Origin: Convolutriloba macropyga
Lineage: Eukaryota
NCBI RefSeq assembly: GCF_964194025.1
Contig: NC_134479.1
Location: 38,316,001 to 38,380,000 of the forward strand
DNA: 64,000 nt
Reading direction: 5' to 3'
Positions within the stretch are counted from its first letter, which is position 1. The number at the start of each line of letters is the position of its first letter. The notes beneath the pieces are model-generated. The model was not told the origin of the DNA and made no database searches. It was given only the letters and a program-made list of their open reading frames with translations. The position numbers were made by a program, and so were the translations under genes. This document shows positions 23,101 to 37,249 of the stretch, one piece after another.

Positions 23101-26100
23101 TTATCAAAAATGAGGAAAATGATTTAAATTTCTAAACAGAACATGACTGCTTACACCCCATTTTTGAAGTCTAAGAGACAAAATTCTGCACTTTATTAAA
23201 TTCGACCTGTTAAATGACACCACACATTTGTTCATTCAAATTTGGTTCAATTCACATTCGAATTTTGTGGCTATCTTGCCTCAAACTGATCCATATCATA
23301 TTGCCTCTCAAAATTGCGATTATTCAAGCCTGGGTATTACACAGCTAAACTTGGCTATTATTAAAATAAAGAAACCATAGATTAGATTAAAATGTATTTT
23401 CGGCGTCAACTTTTCGTTTCTTAAATGTGTCTAAAAAGATTATCTCGCAGATTTCTGGAGGCAATAAAAACGTACGGGGAATAAATTAAATTAAATTCCT
23501 TCACAAACAATTTTGATTTTGTCAATATTTGTCTCAAATTGTTATAATTTATAGCTTTTGTAGCTTGAGCTACTATGGATATTAATAATAAAATACCGTA
23601 AGACAACTGAAATATTATTAGCTCAGATTACTTGTTAGAATTCTGGTTAGAAATGCCTCAAAAAAGCCCGGGGCATGGAATTTTAGAAGATAATCAGACG
23701 ACCATGAAACGCCATAAAAGTCTATTTTAATCGTCTTTTCCATTTCAATTAATTGAGTTCGTATATGTGGTAAATACAAACTAAATTGTTCCAAAGTCCT
23801 TCACCCTTCACGCAGGCTATAACGAAGAAAATACAGATTGAGCANNNNNNNNNNNNNNNNNNNNNNNNNNNNNNNNNNNNNNNNNNNNNNNNNNNNNNNN
23901 NNNNNNNNNNNNNNNNNNNNNNNNNNNNNNNNNNNNNNNNNNNNNNNNNNNNNNNNNNNNNNNNNNNNNNNNNNNNNNNNNNNNNNNNNNNNNNNNNNNN
24001 NNNNNNNNNNNNNNNNNNNNNNNNNNNACAAACAAAAAAACAAACACAGAATACTACAACATGAAAAAAACTTTCTTTAGATTTTAAAAAGCCATAAAAA
24101 TTGCAATAATTGCAGGGCATAGAAAGCAAAGAGTATGCATATATCTATATGCTCTTAGTATGTATATCTGCGATACCATACGAACCATACATGACTTTGA
24201 TGTGGTATCGCTAAGATGGGTTTATGGTGGTCAGCCCGGGTATAGAGAAAATTCTACAGTTAAATGTTATCTATTTGGGGCGCCGCCAGCACAGCCGAGG
24301 AAAATACAAACGCCCTTATATGAAAATTCTTTCAAGTTTCAAGACCTCACTCAACTTCTATTGTTGAATCACGCATTTAGAAACTGCATTATAAGATAGC
24401 CGCATTCATTTTATCCTATTGTACAAGACTGAAAAAAGAGTGACCGATCTGTCGATTTAGTTCTAATAATAGCTTCCTTAATTGAATGGAAGCAGGAAGT
24501 TATTTGAATTATTAATTCACTTTACAAATGTGATTACATTTAGACACGCAAACCAAACCCATTCGCTGTCAAAATACAACATGGTAGAACTGTTCTTCTG
24601 TAACTAACGAGTGAACGAACTATTTAGATGAACAAATTTTTCCAAAAATAAATAAGTAACCTGAAATGATCCCGAAAAGGCTAGAAGAGTGACCTTATCA
24701 TCTTCCACCAAATATTCACCCTCAAAGAACCTATTATTCAAATTTCAATGAAACTTAAAAACGGTAATTAAATACAAAATGATTTAGCTAAAATTGGCAT
24801 CAATAAATAATTGTAAATTTCACAACCAGTTTTTTACATAATACACGCACAAATATGAACGAAATGTGTAGTTTAATTTTACTAACCACAATTAAATTTT
24901 AAATCTCCGCATACACAAAAACAAACAAAGACTTTTCTCAAAATGGGCAAAAATGTAGACCCCGCCTGAGTAATGACGCACCAAGATATCTGGTTCCTGA
25001 AGGCTCACATTAAACAACTATGACACATTATAACCCATTTTTTAAACTCAGGAAGTGTATGTCAAAATTTTCGCTACAAAACCAAGCATTATTTTAAATA
25101 ATTTTTTAATTTGGCTTGAGAAAAAAATTGGACCATTTTGAGCTTGAATTAAATTGAAAGATACGGATGAATATTTTGGTTCTGAAAACATTTGTGTAAA
25201 CCATTTTTTTCCTTCCTCATTTTGCTACCTGTAAAGCCTTAATTTTGCTAGTTTTGCAAAAAAACATTGATCAAATTTAATTACGTTCTTTAGTTTTCTT
25301 TTGTTTTTAAAAAATTATTTTTTTGTTAGAAAACTTTTTGTCATCTCTAAAAATGAATAAAATATTTTCAAAAAATGTGTAAGAAAATACAATCGATTTG
25401 ATACTAAAATTAATCTTTATCTGACGCATGCCACCCAAGTCGAGCTCTTCATTTGGTCTCGTTCATTAAGCCGACAGTTTTGGCAGGCACTCTTAAAATT
25501 GTGTGTCCAAACATGAGCAGCCGATATTTTTCCAAAAGAGGCTTAAATTTCCAGAATATGAAGCTTTGATTTCATCTGTTGGAATTTCTTTTTAAGATTG
25601 TAAGATTCAATCACGCCAATTAAAGTGCATTCAAAGTTAAATACTTTTTAACATCAGGAAGTCTATTTCTGAATTATAAATAATCTGCGACACTAGAGCA
25701 GTTTTTATTTAGAAAACTATTGGTTGCATGATAATGTGAGAAACCAAAAACGACTATGCAGAAATCTCAGTATGTGATTATTATTGTATCGTTTTGAACA
25801 TTGCAAAATTCAAAACGCTAAAAATCATTTTAAGAATAAAACAAAATGTGAGAAAAAAATAAATTTTATTCCCTACTAACATCATAGCTTCACAGTGTAA
25901 TTTCACTCACATTTGAAGCCTGCTTCCAATCTTTTATCTTAATACATTGTAAAAACACAACATAGTTACTGATACTTAATATTTTTAACTAAAAGTCTGA
26001 GCCTTGTGGGATTGCAAATAAATTTCTGGCCCCACTCATCCACAGTTTGACATAATTGTCTTCCAAATGAGAAAAAAATCACTACAAATTTTAAGAGTTA

Positions 26101-26838
26101 AAATTTGTTGAAAAACAAGTGGCATATGAATGAAAAAAGCGTTATAATTGAAAACCACTGTTTCAATTAAATATTGCTGAATTAGAGGACCTGTGACAGT
26201 TGCCATTAACTAGACTACCAGACAAGAAGAACAGCACAATAAATCAACGAAACAAAAACATTGAAAAAAAGAACGCCAAAGTAATTAAATTCCTGTGCTA
26301 ACAATTGAACGCACTATGTTAGTTCATTCATACCCCTAGAGGAAGCCTTCGAATCTTTTCATCATTCAGATGAGGTTCCAAAAAAAACAAAGATTGAAAA
26401 TCAAAAATTTGATTAATTTTTCCTAGAAAATCGTCCAATACATTAAAGCCGCAAACTATACACTAGAAAATCAGTAAAATTTTACTTAAACTGCTTTTCA
26501 ATCCAAACGCAACTTTTCTTTTAATGCAATAAAAATTAAAGAGACAATCAAAAACGCAAAATTTTGCAAAAAAAACAAAAACACACATATTTTTGAGAAC
26601 ACGTATATAAAGACTCAATAAAATGTCAATACAATCTGCAAGTAAATTCAGCACTGATTCTTCAACAACAAAGATGTAAAATCAGCATGTGGAAGAATTC
26701 AACTGATTGTAACTTTTTGTATTCAAACAACAGACATTATAAAGTATATAGAACTTTTGATCTACACAGCTATCAATGCATAAAATAGAGAGATAACATC
26801 ATCAGAACAACCTAAGTAAAATCAATGCATGCAAATAG

Positions 26839-29800
26839 AACCTTTATTTCAAAAAATAAACTGGCAATTCTTTTGCCTTACAAACAGTCGGATGTAGTCG
26901 AAACATTTTTTTATACTTTTACTTGAACAGATTTTCGATACATATTCAACCTATCATTTAGTGTAGTAAAAAATCAGTTGACATCAAAAAGCTCAAAAAG
27001 AACAAAAAATTTCAATGACTTACTGGATACTCCTGGACTCAAAGTCAATAAAACTTCTGCTTAAAACTCAAAAAACTTGAACCAGTAATTTTTGTTCCTC
27101 TCGAGGTAAAAGTTACCTGTCATTATTAAGACTAGTCTATGTGTAATTAAAAATGATTTTAAGAGAAGGATAATGTTCAAAAGTTCATTGATATTTTTCA
27201 AACAAGTTTATCCAATGTCCTGAGAGTCGTTAAGTGAAACGAAACAGTTAAACCGAAAAATTTTCGCTCACTGCAAAAAATATGGGACCAGTCCTTTAAG
27301 CAGTGGTTTGGCAGAAATAAATTTTAAAATTCAAAAAAAATCTTTAAAAAAACCAATATTAATTTCTTGAATGATTTTGTAAAATTTCTAGCTGACATGT
27401 TAAAAAAAATAGAGCAAATATCAGAAAAAGTGTGAACAAATTAGCGGAAATCAGTCAAATGCAAAATCCAAAAACAAAATCTTCCTAATTTTATATTCTA
27501 AACTTGACAGGTTTCTTAATGTCATCGCTCACAACTCAGAACGAGGAAAATGTCGATCGGCCAGAACTGACTGAGCCAAAAAAAATAATTGAGAATTTAG
27601 TCCCCCGCTACGGTGCGGTACCAACTATCATCCCGTAAGTCGGAGCCATAATCCTTCATTCTTTGAAAGTAGTTTTGTATGGCTTGTTGTGACCAACCGA
27701 TACCACGTTCGTGTCCTCTTAATTGAATTTGACTGAAAACCAAGAGACACAGCCAAAACTTTTTCAAAAGTATCTTGCAATTGCTTATAACTCTGTTCGA
27801 ACCAGCAACTTTTTACCTGAAAAAAAGTAAAATCATAACCAATCAGAAAACAACGCTATTAACATTGTTGATCTATATTGTGTCCATACTACCAGGTTTT
27901 TAATAGTTTATTAATATCACTTCTATTGATAGCTTTTTCTAAGAGAAAAACAGCTATAAGGGAGTTAGTCATCGTGAATATTTCCTTTCCCGTTTGCTTC
28001 ATCATTTCAAGAAATTCACCAGATTAGCCGTAAAGCTTTTTGATTCTTCCCTCTAGGCAATATTATTGTTAAATTGATTTTTTTACAGCTACTGGTTCAA
28101 AACTTCAATTGAATTTAATCTCGTCATTCTGTTCACTGCTACCAATTTTGCGGTCTATTCTAAGACCTCGTCAGAAAAATCGACAAAAGTGATGGTCCTC
28201 ACAATGATGAGGGGAAGAGACTTGTAGATTAGCAGTGGCAGTTAGTAAATATTAGCTGACCTGAGTTTGTTCAGTTTGATCAAGTTAGTTCAGTTTGTTA
28301 ACTCATCAAAACTTAACTATTAGATATAATCGAAACTAAGAGGGCTCATAAATAGCAGAGATACGGTTGCTACGAAGGATTCATGACAAGAAAACCCAGT
28401 ATGAAAACTGGATAATCAAATCTGCCTCCAAAGTACTTCACCCAATCTTTCCAAAGATGCAAGATCTATAACTTCTTGACATAACTTTGAATGCTCTGGC
28501 AATATCCTGGTGACGCACTAAGTTCTCCTGATAAATTTCGACCTGACTTAAAAAAGATTTTGATTAAAGGTATCTTCGTCAAATCAAGATATCAAATTGC
28601 GTATTTGTCCACACATTGAGAGTAATTATCAATTTAATTGGTGGCTTAAAGCCATAGCAGAGACAACTTGCACTAAAAATGCAGACAAATTGAACCTTTG
28701 TTTCGAAAAATAAATTGGCAATTGTTTTGCTTTATAGATAGTTGGATGTAATCGATACATTTTTTTAAACATTTTTTTTACTTGAACAACTTTTCAATAT
28801 CAATTCAACGTATCCTTTTTTGTGGTAAGAAATCAGTTAGCATCAAAAAGCTCAAAAAAAATCATAATAAAAAATTTCAATTATTTTTTGCCTACTCATA
28901 GACTCAAAGTCCAGAAAAACTTTGGCTTAAAACTCCAAAAAATTGTACCGATAACTTTTGTTCCTCTCGAGATAAATATTACCTGTCATTATTAAGACTA
29001 GTCTACGAGTAATTAAAATTGTTATTAAAATAAAGATAATGTTCAAAAGTTCATAGACATTTTTTAACAACGTTATCCAAAGTCCTGAGAGTTCTTAAGT
29101 GAAACGAAACAGTTACACAGAAAAGTTTTTGCCCACTGCAAAGAATATGGGACCAGTCGTTTAAACAATGGTTTGGTAGAAATAAAATTTCAGAGATCGC
29201 AAAGGTCAAAAAATTCAATCTTTGAAAAAAAAACCAATATTACTTTCTTGTATGATTTTGTAAATCTTCTAGGTGAAATTTTTTAAAAAAAAATATAGCA
29301 AAAATCAGAAAAAGTGTGAACAAAATAGCGGAAATCAGCCAAATGCAAAATCCAAAAACAAAGTCTTCTCATTTTATATTCTAAACATGACAAGCTTCTT
29401 AATGTCATCGCTCACAACTCAGAACGAGGAAAATGTCGATCGGCCAGAATTGACTGAGCAAAAACTATTGTTTTGAGTTTTCCTTCTAGGCAAAATTATT
29501 GTTGAAATTATTTTTTACTGCAGCTGTTCAAAGAATTCAATTGAATCCAATATTGTCATTATGTTCACTGCTTAAAATTTTGCGGTTTGTTCTTGGACCT
29601 CATCAGAAAAAAAAAGAAAAGAGTGATAGTCCTCACAATGATGATGGGAAGAGACTTGAAGAATAGCAGTAGCAGTTAGTAAACATTAGCTGACCTGAGT
29701 TTGTATAGTTTAATCAAGTTTGTTCGGTTTGTTGAGTCATCAAAACCTAACTATTAGAAATAATCCAAAATTATAGGGCTCATAAATTGCAGAGATATGG

Positions 29801-32800
29801 TTGCTACGAACAATTCATGACAAGAAAACTCAGTATGAAACCCGGGGTAACCGAAAATCAAGTCTGCTTACAAATTATTTCACACAATCTTTCCAAAGAT
29901 GCAAGATCTATAACCTCTCGACATAACTTTGAATGCGTTGGCAAGGCCCTGGTGACGCACTAAAATCTCCTGATAAATATTGACCTGACTTAAAAAAGAC
30001 CTTGATTAAAAGTATCTTCGTCAAATCAAGATATCAAATTGCGATTTTATCCACACATTGGGAGTAATTATCAATTTAATTGGTGGCTTAAAGGCATAGC
30101 AGAAACAATTTGCACTGAAATTGCAGACAAATTGAACCTTTGTTTTGAAAAATAAATTGATAATTGTTTTGCTTTATAGATAGTTGGATGTAGTCGAAAC
30201 ATTTTTTTTTAGTTTGTTTCACTTGAACAGCTTTTCAATACCAATTCAACCTATCCTTTATTGTAGTAAGAAATCAGTTGATATCAAAAAGCTGAAAATG
30301 CAAGCAAAATAAAAAATCTCAATGACTTTCTGAATACTCATAGACTCAAAATCAATAAGGCTTCTGCTTAAAACTCAAAAAACTTGAACTTATCGTTCCT
30401 TTTGAGGTAAAAGTTAACTGTCATTATTATGACTAGTCTACGAGTATTTGATTTTAAGAGAACGATAATGTTCAAAAGTTCATCGACATTTTTTAAACAA
30501 GTTTATTCAAAGTCCAGGGAGTCGAAGTGAAACAAAACAGTTACACAAAAAAAATTTTTTGCTCACTGCAAAGAATATAGGACAAGTCGTTTAAGCAATG
30601 GTTTCGCAGAAATAATTTTTGAGAGATCGCAAAGTTCAAAAAACTCAATCTTTATGAACAAAACCACTATTACTTTCTTGAATGATTTTGTAAACCTTTT
30701 AGCTAAAACTTTATAAAAATGAGAGCAAAAATTAGAAAAATGAAAAAAATCCAAAAACAAATCTTCCTAACTTTATGTTCCACACTTGACTGATTTTTAA
30801 CGACATCGCTCACAACTCTGTGCGATGAATATATCGATCGGTCAGAATTGACTGAACAGAGGAACTGGTTGACAATCGTGTCCTCTTAATTGAATTCGAC
30901 AGAAAGCCATAAGCGAGATAAGGCCAAAATTTTTTTAAGGATGTCTTGCAATTGCAAATTACTGTGTGTTCAAAGCAGCAACCTCTTACCTGAAAATTTC
31001 CTAAATCGTAACTAATCAATAATTACCTTCAGAAAATTACCTTCATCATGAGTCATCAAATCCTATTTATTAAAAATACTCCAAAATTATAGGGTTCATA
31101 AATTGCGGAGATATGGTTGTTACGAAAGATTCATTACAAGAAAACTCAGTATGAAACCCGGGGTAAACGAAAATCAAATCTGCTTCCAAATTAATTCACA
31201 AAATCTCTTCAAAGATGCAAGATCTATAACCTCTCGACATTACTTTGAATGCGTTGGCAAGGTCCTGGTCACGCACTAAAATCTCCTGATAAATATCGAC
31301 TTGACTTAAAAAGATCTTGATTAAAGGTATCTTCGTCAAATCAAGATATCAAATTGCGTATTTGTCCACACATTGAGAGTCATTGTTAATTCAATTGGTG
31401 GTTTAAAGCCATAGCTGACCTTCGTGTACTCTTAATTGAATTCGACAGAAAGCCATAAGCGAGATAAGGCCAAAATTTTTTTAAAGATGTCTTGCGATTG
31501 CATATTTTTGTGTTCAAAGCAGCAACCTTTTACCTGAAAATTTTTAAAATCATAACCAAGCAAAAAATACGTTAAGAAAATTGTTGACCTTTTTTGTGTC
31601 CATCCTACCGCGTTTCCTAATAGTCTGTTAATACCACTTTTCTTAATAATTTTTTCTAAGAGAAAAAAAAGCTGTAAGGGAGTTATTTACTGTCAATGGT
31701 TCCTTTCTTGTTTGCTTTATCACTTCAGGAAACTCACCAGATTAGCCGTGAAACTTTTTGAGTTTTATTGTTATAATCCAGGCAGTATTTTTGTTATAAT
31801 GATTTCTTTGCCGCTGGCAAAAAAGATGAATTAAATGCAATCTCGTCATTTTGATCAATGCTACCAATTTTGCGGTCTGCTCTTGGTCCTCAACAGGAAA
31901 CATTTCGACAAGAGCGAAGGTCCTCACATGATGAGGGGAAGAGACTTGTAGATTAGAAGCAGTAGCAGTTAGCAAACTACCTGACCTGAGTTTGTTTAAT
32001 CTGACCAAAATTTGTCAACAAAATTTAACTTTTAGATACAATCTAATTATAGATGGCTCATAAACAGCCGAGATATGGTTGCTACGAACGATTCATGACA
32101 AGAAAACTCAGTATAAAACCCGGAGTAACCGAAAATCAAATCTGCTTCCAAAATATTTTACCCAATCTTTCTAAAGAAGCAAGATCTATAGCTCCTTTAC
32201 ATAACTTTTAATGCGTTGGCAAGATCCTGATGAGGTAGTAAATTTCTTNNNNNNNNNNNNNNNNNNNNNNNNNNNNNNNNNNNNNNNNNNNNNNNNNNNN
32301 NNNNNNNNNNNNNNNNNNNNNNNNNNNNNNNNNNNNNNNNNNNNNNNNNNNNNNNNNNNNNNNNNNNNNNNNNNNNNNNNNNNNNNNNNNNGCAGCGGAG
32401 CAGCATTAGGCTTTGCGTCTGCATTAACAGTAGCCTGTTCTCAGCTGTTCTTTTTCTATTTTCCCCCATATCTCAGACTGCTCATTTAGTGAGCATGAAA
32501 GCTCTTTTTTGGGTGACTATTGCCACTTTTTCTTGCGTCCGAAACTTTCACGTGTTACCATCATTGCAGACAACTTTTCTCAGGCTATGGTCAACCTGAA
32601 GCTATGGTTAAGTAAGAGCTCATCCTCACACAGACAGCTTCATGGAGGCAGGGGAGCGAACTAACGATCATTGGCGTGTCAATCACACCCCTTACCTCTC
32701 GGCCATCACGAGGTAACCTTGACTTGACTTAAAAAATTCTTCGCTAAAAGTATCTTTGTCAAATCAAGCAACCAAATTGCGTGTTTGTCCACACATTGAA

Positions 32801-32840
32801 GAGTTATTATCAATTACATCGGTGTTTTAAAGCTATAGCA
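26839..32840. repeat. Degenerate tandem array of a ~1.4-1.9 kb unit (three near-complete copies plus partial ones)
   Basis: 'gaacctttg/atttcgaaaaataaattgg'-like anchor at ~26839, ~28693 and ~30134; 'gatgcaagatctataac...gacgcactaa' block at ~28456, ~29898, ~31214 and ~32176; internal deletions differ per copy. Confidence 0.9.
32392..32714 (-). mobile_element. tRNA-derived SINE (5' head plus body; 3' end lost in the gap) inserted in the array
   Basis: Minus-strand head gtgaTGGCCGAGAGGtaagg (A box) ... ttaGTTCGCTCCcc (B box); array sequence resumes at ~32718. Confidence 0.6.
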
Positions 32841-33601
32841 GAAAAAAATTAATGACTTTCGGTCGAAAGGAAAGGAAAATCAAATTTTTTGGCAGACTGG
32901 CAGAAACACTAAGAAATTGACTCTCAATAAAGAAAGATCTTGTAGAAAAAAACTTATAGCAAATACATTGAATTAATTGAACAGTCAGTAGCAACATCAA
33001 ATTACGGATTTAAAATTTATATAATTTTTTTACAAATCAAATGTTATTGACAACAGGTTACATTAACAACTGCTAAATAATAATTAGGAATTACAACACT
33101 TTATTTCTGTTTATTTACAAATCAGACACAAAAATTGATCACAATACTTCTCATTTGAAATTCACAACACACATCTAACGATTACTAATAAATAATCAAT
33201 CAATTATTACATCAGGTAGAACTGAACTATTTGTTTTTACAATTATAAATTTCATGAGAATAAATTTTCTTAAGAAATACAAAAAATAAAAATTTAATTA
33301 TTTCCTCTTTTAAAAATAAAAATCAATAAATTGCAATTCTGTCACTGCTATAAAACAATGGCATATTTGGGATGATTTCCCGATTTGGCAATATATAGTT
33401 TAAAAAACAGTCAACACTATATGGTTTCAAAAACTTTTTTTTATTTATTTTAAACTTTTTCAGACCTTTTTGTAGTCCGTTTCTCCTCCCTTTAAACATT
33501 TAATAGCTAACGGAAATTGAAAAAAAGGAATTTTTGTGTTTTTTGCGATTTTAGCAGTAATGTAGTACGAGCAAACTTTATATCAGTATACGCCAATCTG
33601 T

Positions 33602-33889
33602 TCAGCAATTCGATACCACCGATTTTTGTCTGTTGAATCCAACTCCGGTTTTGGTCGTGGATGATGCATTAGTAGCTGTCATAGCTGTCTCTGCGCCTCC
33701 GAAATTGTTCGGCGCCGCTGTTGTTCTGCTAGCTGAACCAACAAGGGGAATTCGTGCACAGTAAGGTTGCACATATCTTCGGAAAAAGACTCGACTTTCA
33801 TTCATGAAGCGTTTGTTCAACTTAGCATAAACGAGCGGCATTGCTAAAAAATTGAGATTGTAGAACAAGTTGCAGTATTTCATCGCCAC
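33602..33889 (-). CDS. Terminal coding exon of a probable class A (rhodopsin-like) GPCR: TM7, helix 8 and C-tail
   Basis: Acceptor ttttatttag|GTG, phase 0; VAMKYCNLFYNLNFLAMPLVYAKLNKRF matches the TM7 NxxxNPxxY..LNKxF pattern; Ser/Thr-rich tail; stop at 33602; AT-rich 3' UTR with AATAAA (minus strand) near 33100. Confidence 0.75.
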   Translation of the reverse strand: MAMKYCNLFYNLNFLAMPLVYAKLNKRFMNESRVFFRRYVQPYCARIPLVGSASRTTAAPNNFGGAETAMTATNASSTTKTGVGFNRQKSVVSNC

Positions 33890-34032
33890 CTAAATAAAAA
33901 GTGACAAATAAGTTGGAGATAGAGTGTTAAAAAAAGTAAACAACGTAACTAACTATATTTTTTAAGTTTAAAAAAGTAAAGAACGTAACTGACTATATTT
34001 GACAGCAATCAATCTTTTCAAAATCTTGTGAT

Positions 34033-35854
34033 CACCCAGTGAACCGAATCTTTGTACACCTTGAAAAGAAACATTCTAAATCTTGTTAAATCTTGCCAAG
34101 ATCTGACATGGAACTCACCATGAAAATATCAAGATTTGTACGAACTTGCAAGATCGTTGCAAGACTGTCTAGAAACAAGATTTTGGCAAGATAACCAACA
34201 AAGGTTAACCATGACGTGGCAAGATATACCAAATTGCAAAAATTGAAAAGCACCTTTAAACAAGATTTAGCACGAATTCATATTATTAAACAAGAATTAT
34301 CAAGATTTACCAAGAACTATCAAGAGTTATGATAAATTATCAAGAATTGTCGGAAAATTCAGCTGCCGTTAGTTTATTAACTAACGGTTGAGCCTATTTT
34401 TCCAGTAAAATGAATAAGTGGGTGCAAGCTCGGTATGTACATAGTACACACCTTACACGGCAACATTTTTGTCGAACAGTGTTGGTATTTTAAAACTAGA
34501 TTTTTATTAACAAAAAATATCATCTTTCAATGATCAACTCAATTTGCTACTCCGCAAAAGGTCAGAACGTTTTTTTTCAATGCAAAAGCTCCTTATTAGT
34601 CTTTGTAAAAAATATTCAAAGGCATTTTATGTGATATTTACGTTGAACTATCGTTTTTCACAATTTTTTTTCAAAATCTACCTCCGAATTGATTTGCGCA
34701 AAACAAAATAAATATGAACAACACTGCCCATGTCATTCATTTTATAACATAGAATTTAGGAAGTTTGTTGCGGCCATCATTCTCAGAGATCATATAAATT
34801 TGAAAAAAAAAGTTTTCTTTTCATACTTTTTCGGCAAGCTCTCCATAGAATACTAAGTGGCTTCCGGAAGAAGCATAATTGTTCCAAAAAGTTCATTTCA
34901 TCATTAGCAACCTAGTGTAATTTCATCATAAGCAAATTTTTTACGATAATTACATGGGATCGATTATAGAGTTAATTACATCCATTTTACTGGTTTTTGT
35001 CATCTGTCGCTTTGTGCGCATAATCTTAACTTGATAGAGGATCTGATATGGTAAATAGTAAACATTTTCTTTGTTGCATATACTAGTTCTGCTTTTTGTA
35101 AATTGATCTGAACAAAAAAATAGACACCAGAGTCGAATTTTTGCCATATTTAGAATAGTTGTTTTTAATCACTTTTTTGAAGAATTCTGTGAAAATTTTA
35201 AAAATCGATAGTGATAGAGCAAACTATAAGCCTTGAAGGCCATTTTATAGCTCTACTCGGTTTCAGAGGTTTGGATATTTAACTCTGCAAAAAACTCTTG
35301 AGCATGAACATAGAAGTCAACTCTAGATCTTTTAGGTAGTTTTTTAACATCAAATCGAAATAATTAGCGACTATTATTGCACTTTTCGTGGAAAATCATT
35401 AATTTAAAGTCATAAGAGTTACTATTAAAGATGAGTAGAAACATTATGAAGAAAAGATTTTAACCAGATCCTACAATTATGGCTTCGAAGAAAGAGGAAA
35501 TCAGTCCAATCGTACACTTGGGAAAGAGAGAATGGTTATCTTAAAAGACAGAATCCAAGATTCTTATAAAAGATGGTTATCTTTTAAGCTCTGACAAAAA
35601 TTTTGTATGATTCATGCAAGTTGGTTCCGGTTGAATTGAATTCTCACTGGTTCTTTTGTGCGCATATTTCATCATTTGATGCATTGAATTTTTGAGAATC
35701 GCTTGCGTATATTTATGGATTAATTTGATTGAAAATTGCTTTTCAAGATAACAAATTTTACTGCCTCATTGCAAAATTATAAATATAACTTTTGATTTAC
35801 TTCTGACAGAATCTTACAAGATCATACAGGATAACCATTCCCAATCCACTAGGG
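34033..35854. mobile_element. Non-autonomous CACTA/EnSpm-like element
   Basis: Ends CACCCAGTG ... CACTAGGG flanked by AT/AT; (TCTTG)CAAGA subterminal motifs at 34075-34350 and 35810-35825. Confidence 0.45.
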
Positions 35855-37249
35855 ATTTCTCTCTGATCCCCATTGGAGTTTGTACATAAACCAATAGTTT
35901 GTTTGATTTTATTTTTTATTACTTATTTCTCATTCAAACAAATAACAACAGCAGTTAATTTTGGTCATCTTCATAAATGCAATCTTTGTTCCATCAAGCA
36001 GAATCGTTCGTTTGCAGCAAAAATTTTGCATTGTTTGTATCAAATTACCTAAGCACAAGTGGCGAAACCTTTTTGTGCCATGTTCTCTCAATGAAGCCTT
36101 GCTTTTGCATAAAAGAAAAGGAAAAATTGAGCAGTTCGCTGTGATGTTAGCATTATATTAAAACCGTGCTTGATTTCTCAAGACAGCTTGTTGGCTTCGT
36201 AGGGAGACTGCAATGTAAGAATGAATTTGTTATTTCTTCTCCTTTTTCCGCTTTTGAAGAATTGATATTAAGTGGAGGAGACGGAAAAAAATATTTCAGT
36301 TTACTGTAGTCGGTCAACGAGCAAACCCCTAAAAAACCCTGCCCCCCCCCAACACNNNNNNNNNNNNNNNNNNNNNNNNNNNNNNNNNNNNNNNNNNNNN
36401 NNNNNNNNNNNNNNNNNNNNNNNNNNNNNNNNNNNNNNNNNNNNNNNNNNNNNNNNNNNNNNNNNNNNNNNNNNNNNNNNNNNNNNNNNNNNNNNNNNNN
36501 NNNNNNNNNNNNNNNNNNNNNNNNNNNNNNNNNNNNNNNNNNNNNNNNNNNNNNNAGCGTGTTATTGTCTTTTTTAGACAGTCATATGGTCTTTCCATTG
36601 AAAATTTCAGTCTGTACACTTATTTCATTTGATGAGCGATAGTCACTTTGATATTTTTCAAAACTCAAGCATCCCCTATATTGACTCCCCCAACTATGTC
36701 GGGCCATATCTGTTACACTTCCACGCACAACTGTAAATTAACAGCAGCGAAACACTGTTGAGCGAAGTACCGCTAGTCAATGTTTTTCAAATATTTTTCC
36801 CTGTTTCGGAAAATTATAAACTTGTTCTACTGGACAGCTCCCTCAGGACGTATTTTACATTCTAACGTGGCTTTTTTTCTAATCAAACTGCTCAAAACTC
36901 AAACGTTTACGCCAAAAACTCAAGAGTAGTTTAAGTCAACGTGAAACAGAGAGTAGCTAAAAAAAAGTCAAATAAGTCTACTGGGCTATATTCAATTGTG
37001 AAAACACCTATACAAACCTCGTGAAATTAGCATTTGATTTGAATCGAAAAATTTAAAAAAAAACTTCATTGAAAGGAAAATGCTTGTTTTGAAAAAAAAA
37101 TGGAAGACATGTCAAACTTCGCAGGAGTTTTCAAAGGATGATTAAGTACCTTTAATTTTGATGCATCTTTCAGTCAAATTTTTTAGAGAAAAAATTAGAG
37201 AAAAAGTAGTGCTCCGTCCAAAATAAAGAATGATTTAAAGTGCTTTTGG

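Noticed and set aside
36740-36778. Helitron-like 3' end (...gagcgaagtaccgCTAGT)
   Set aside because: The hairpin is weak and the 5' end is lost in a gap; insufficient support
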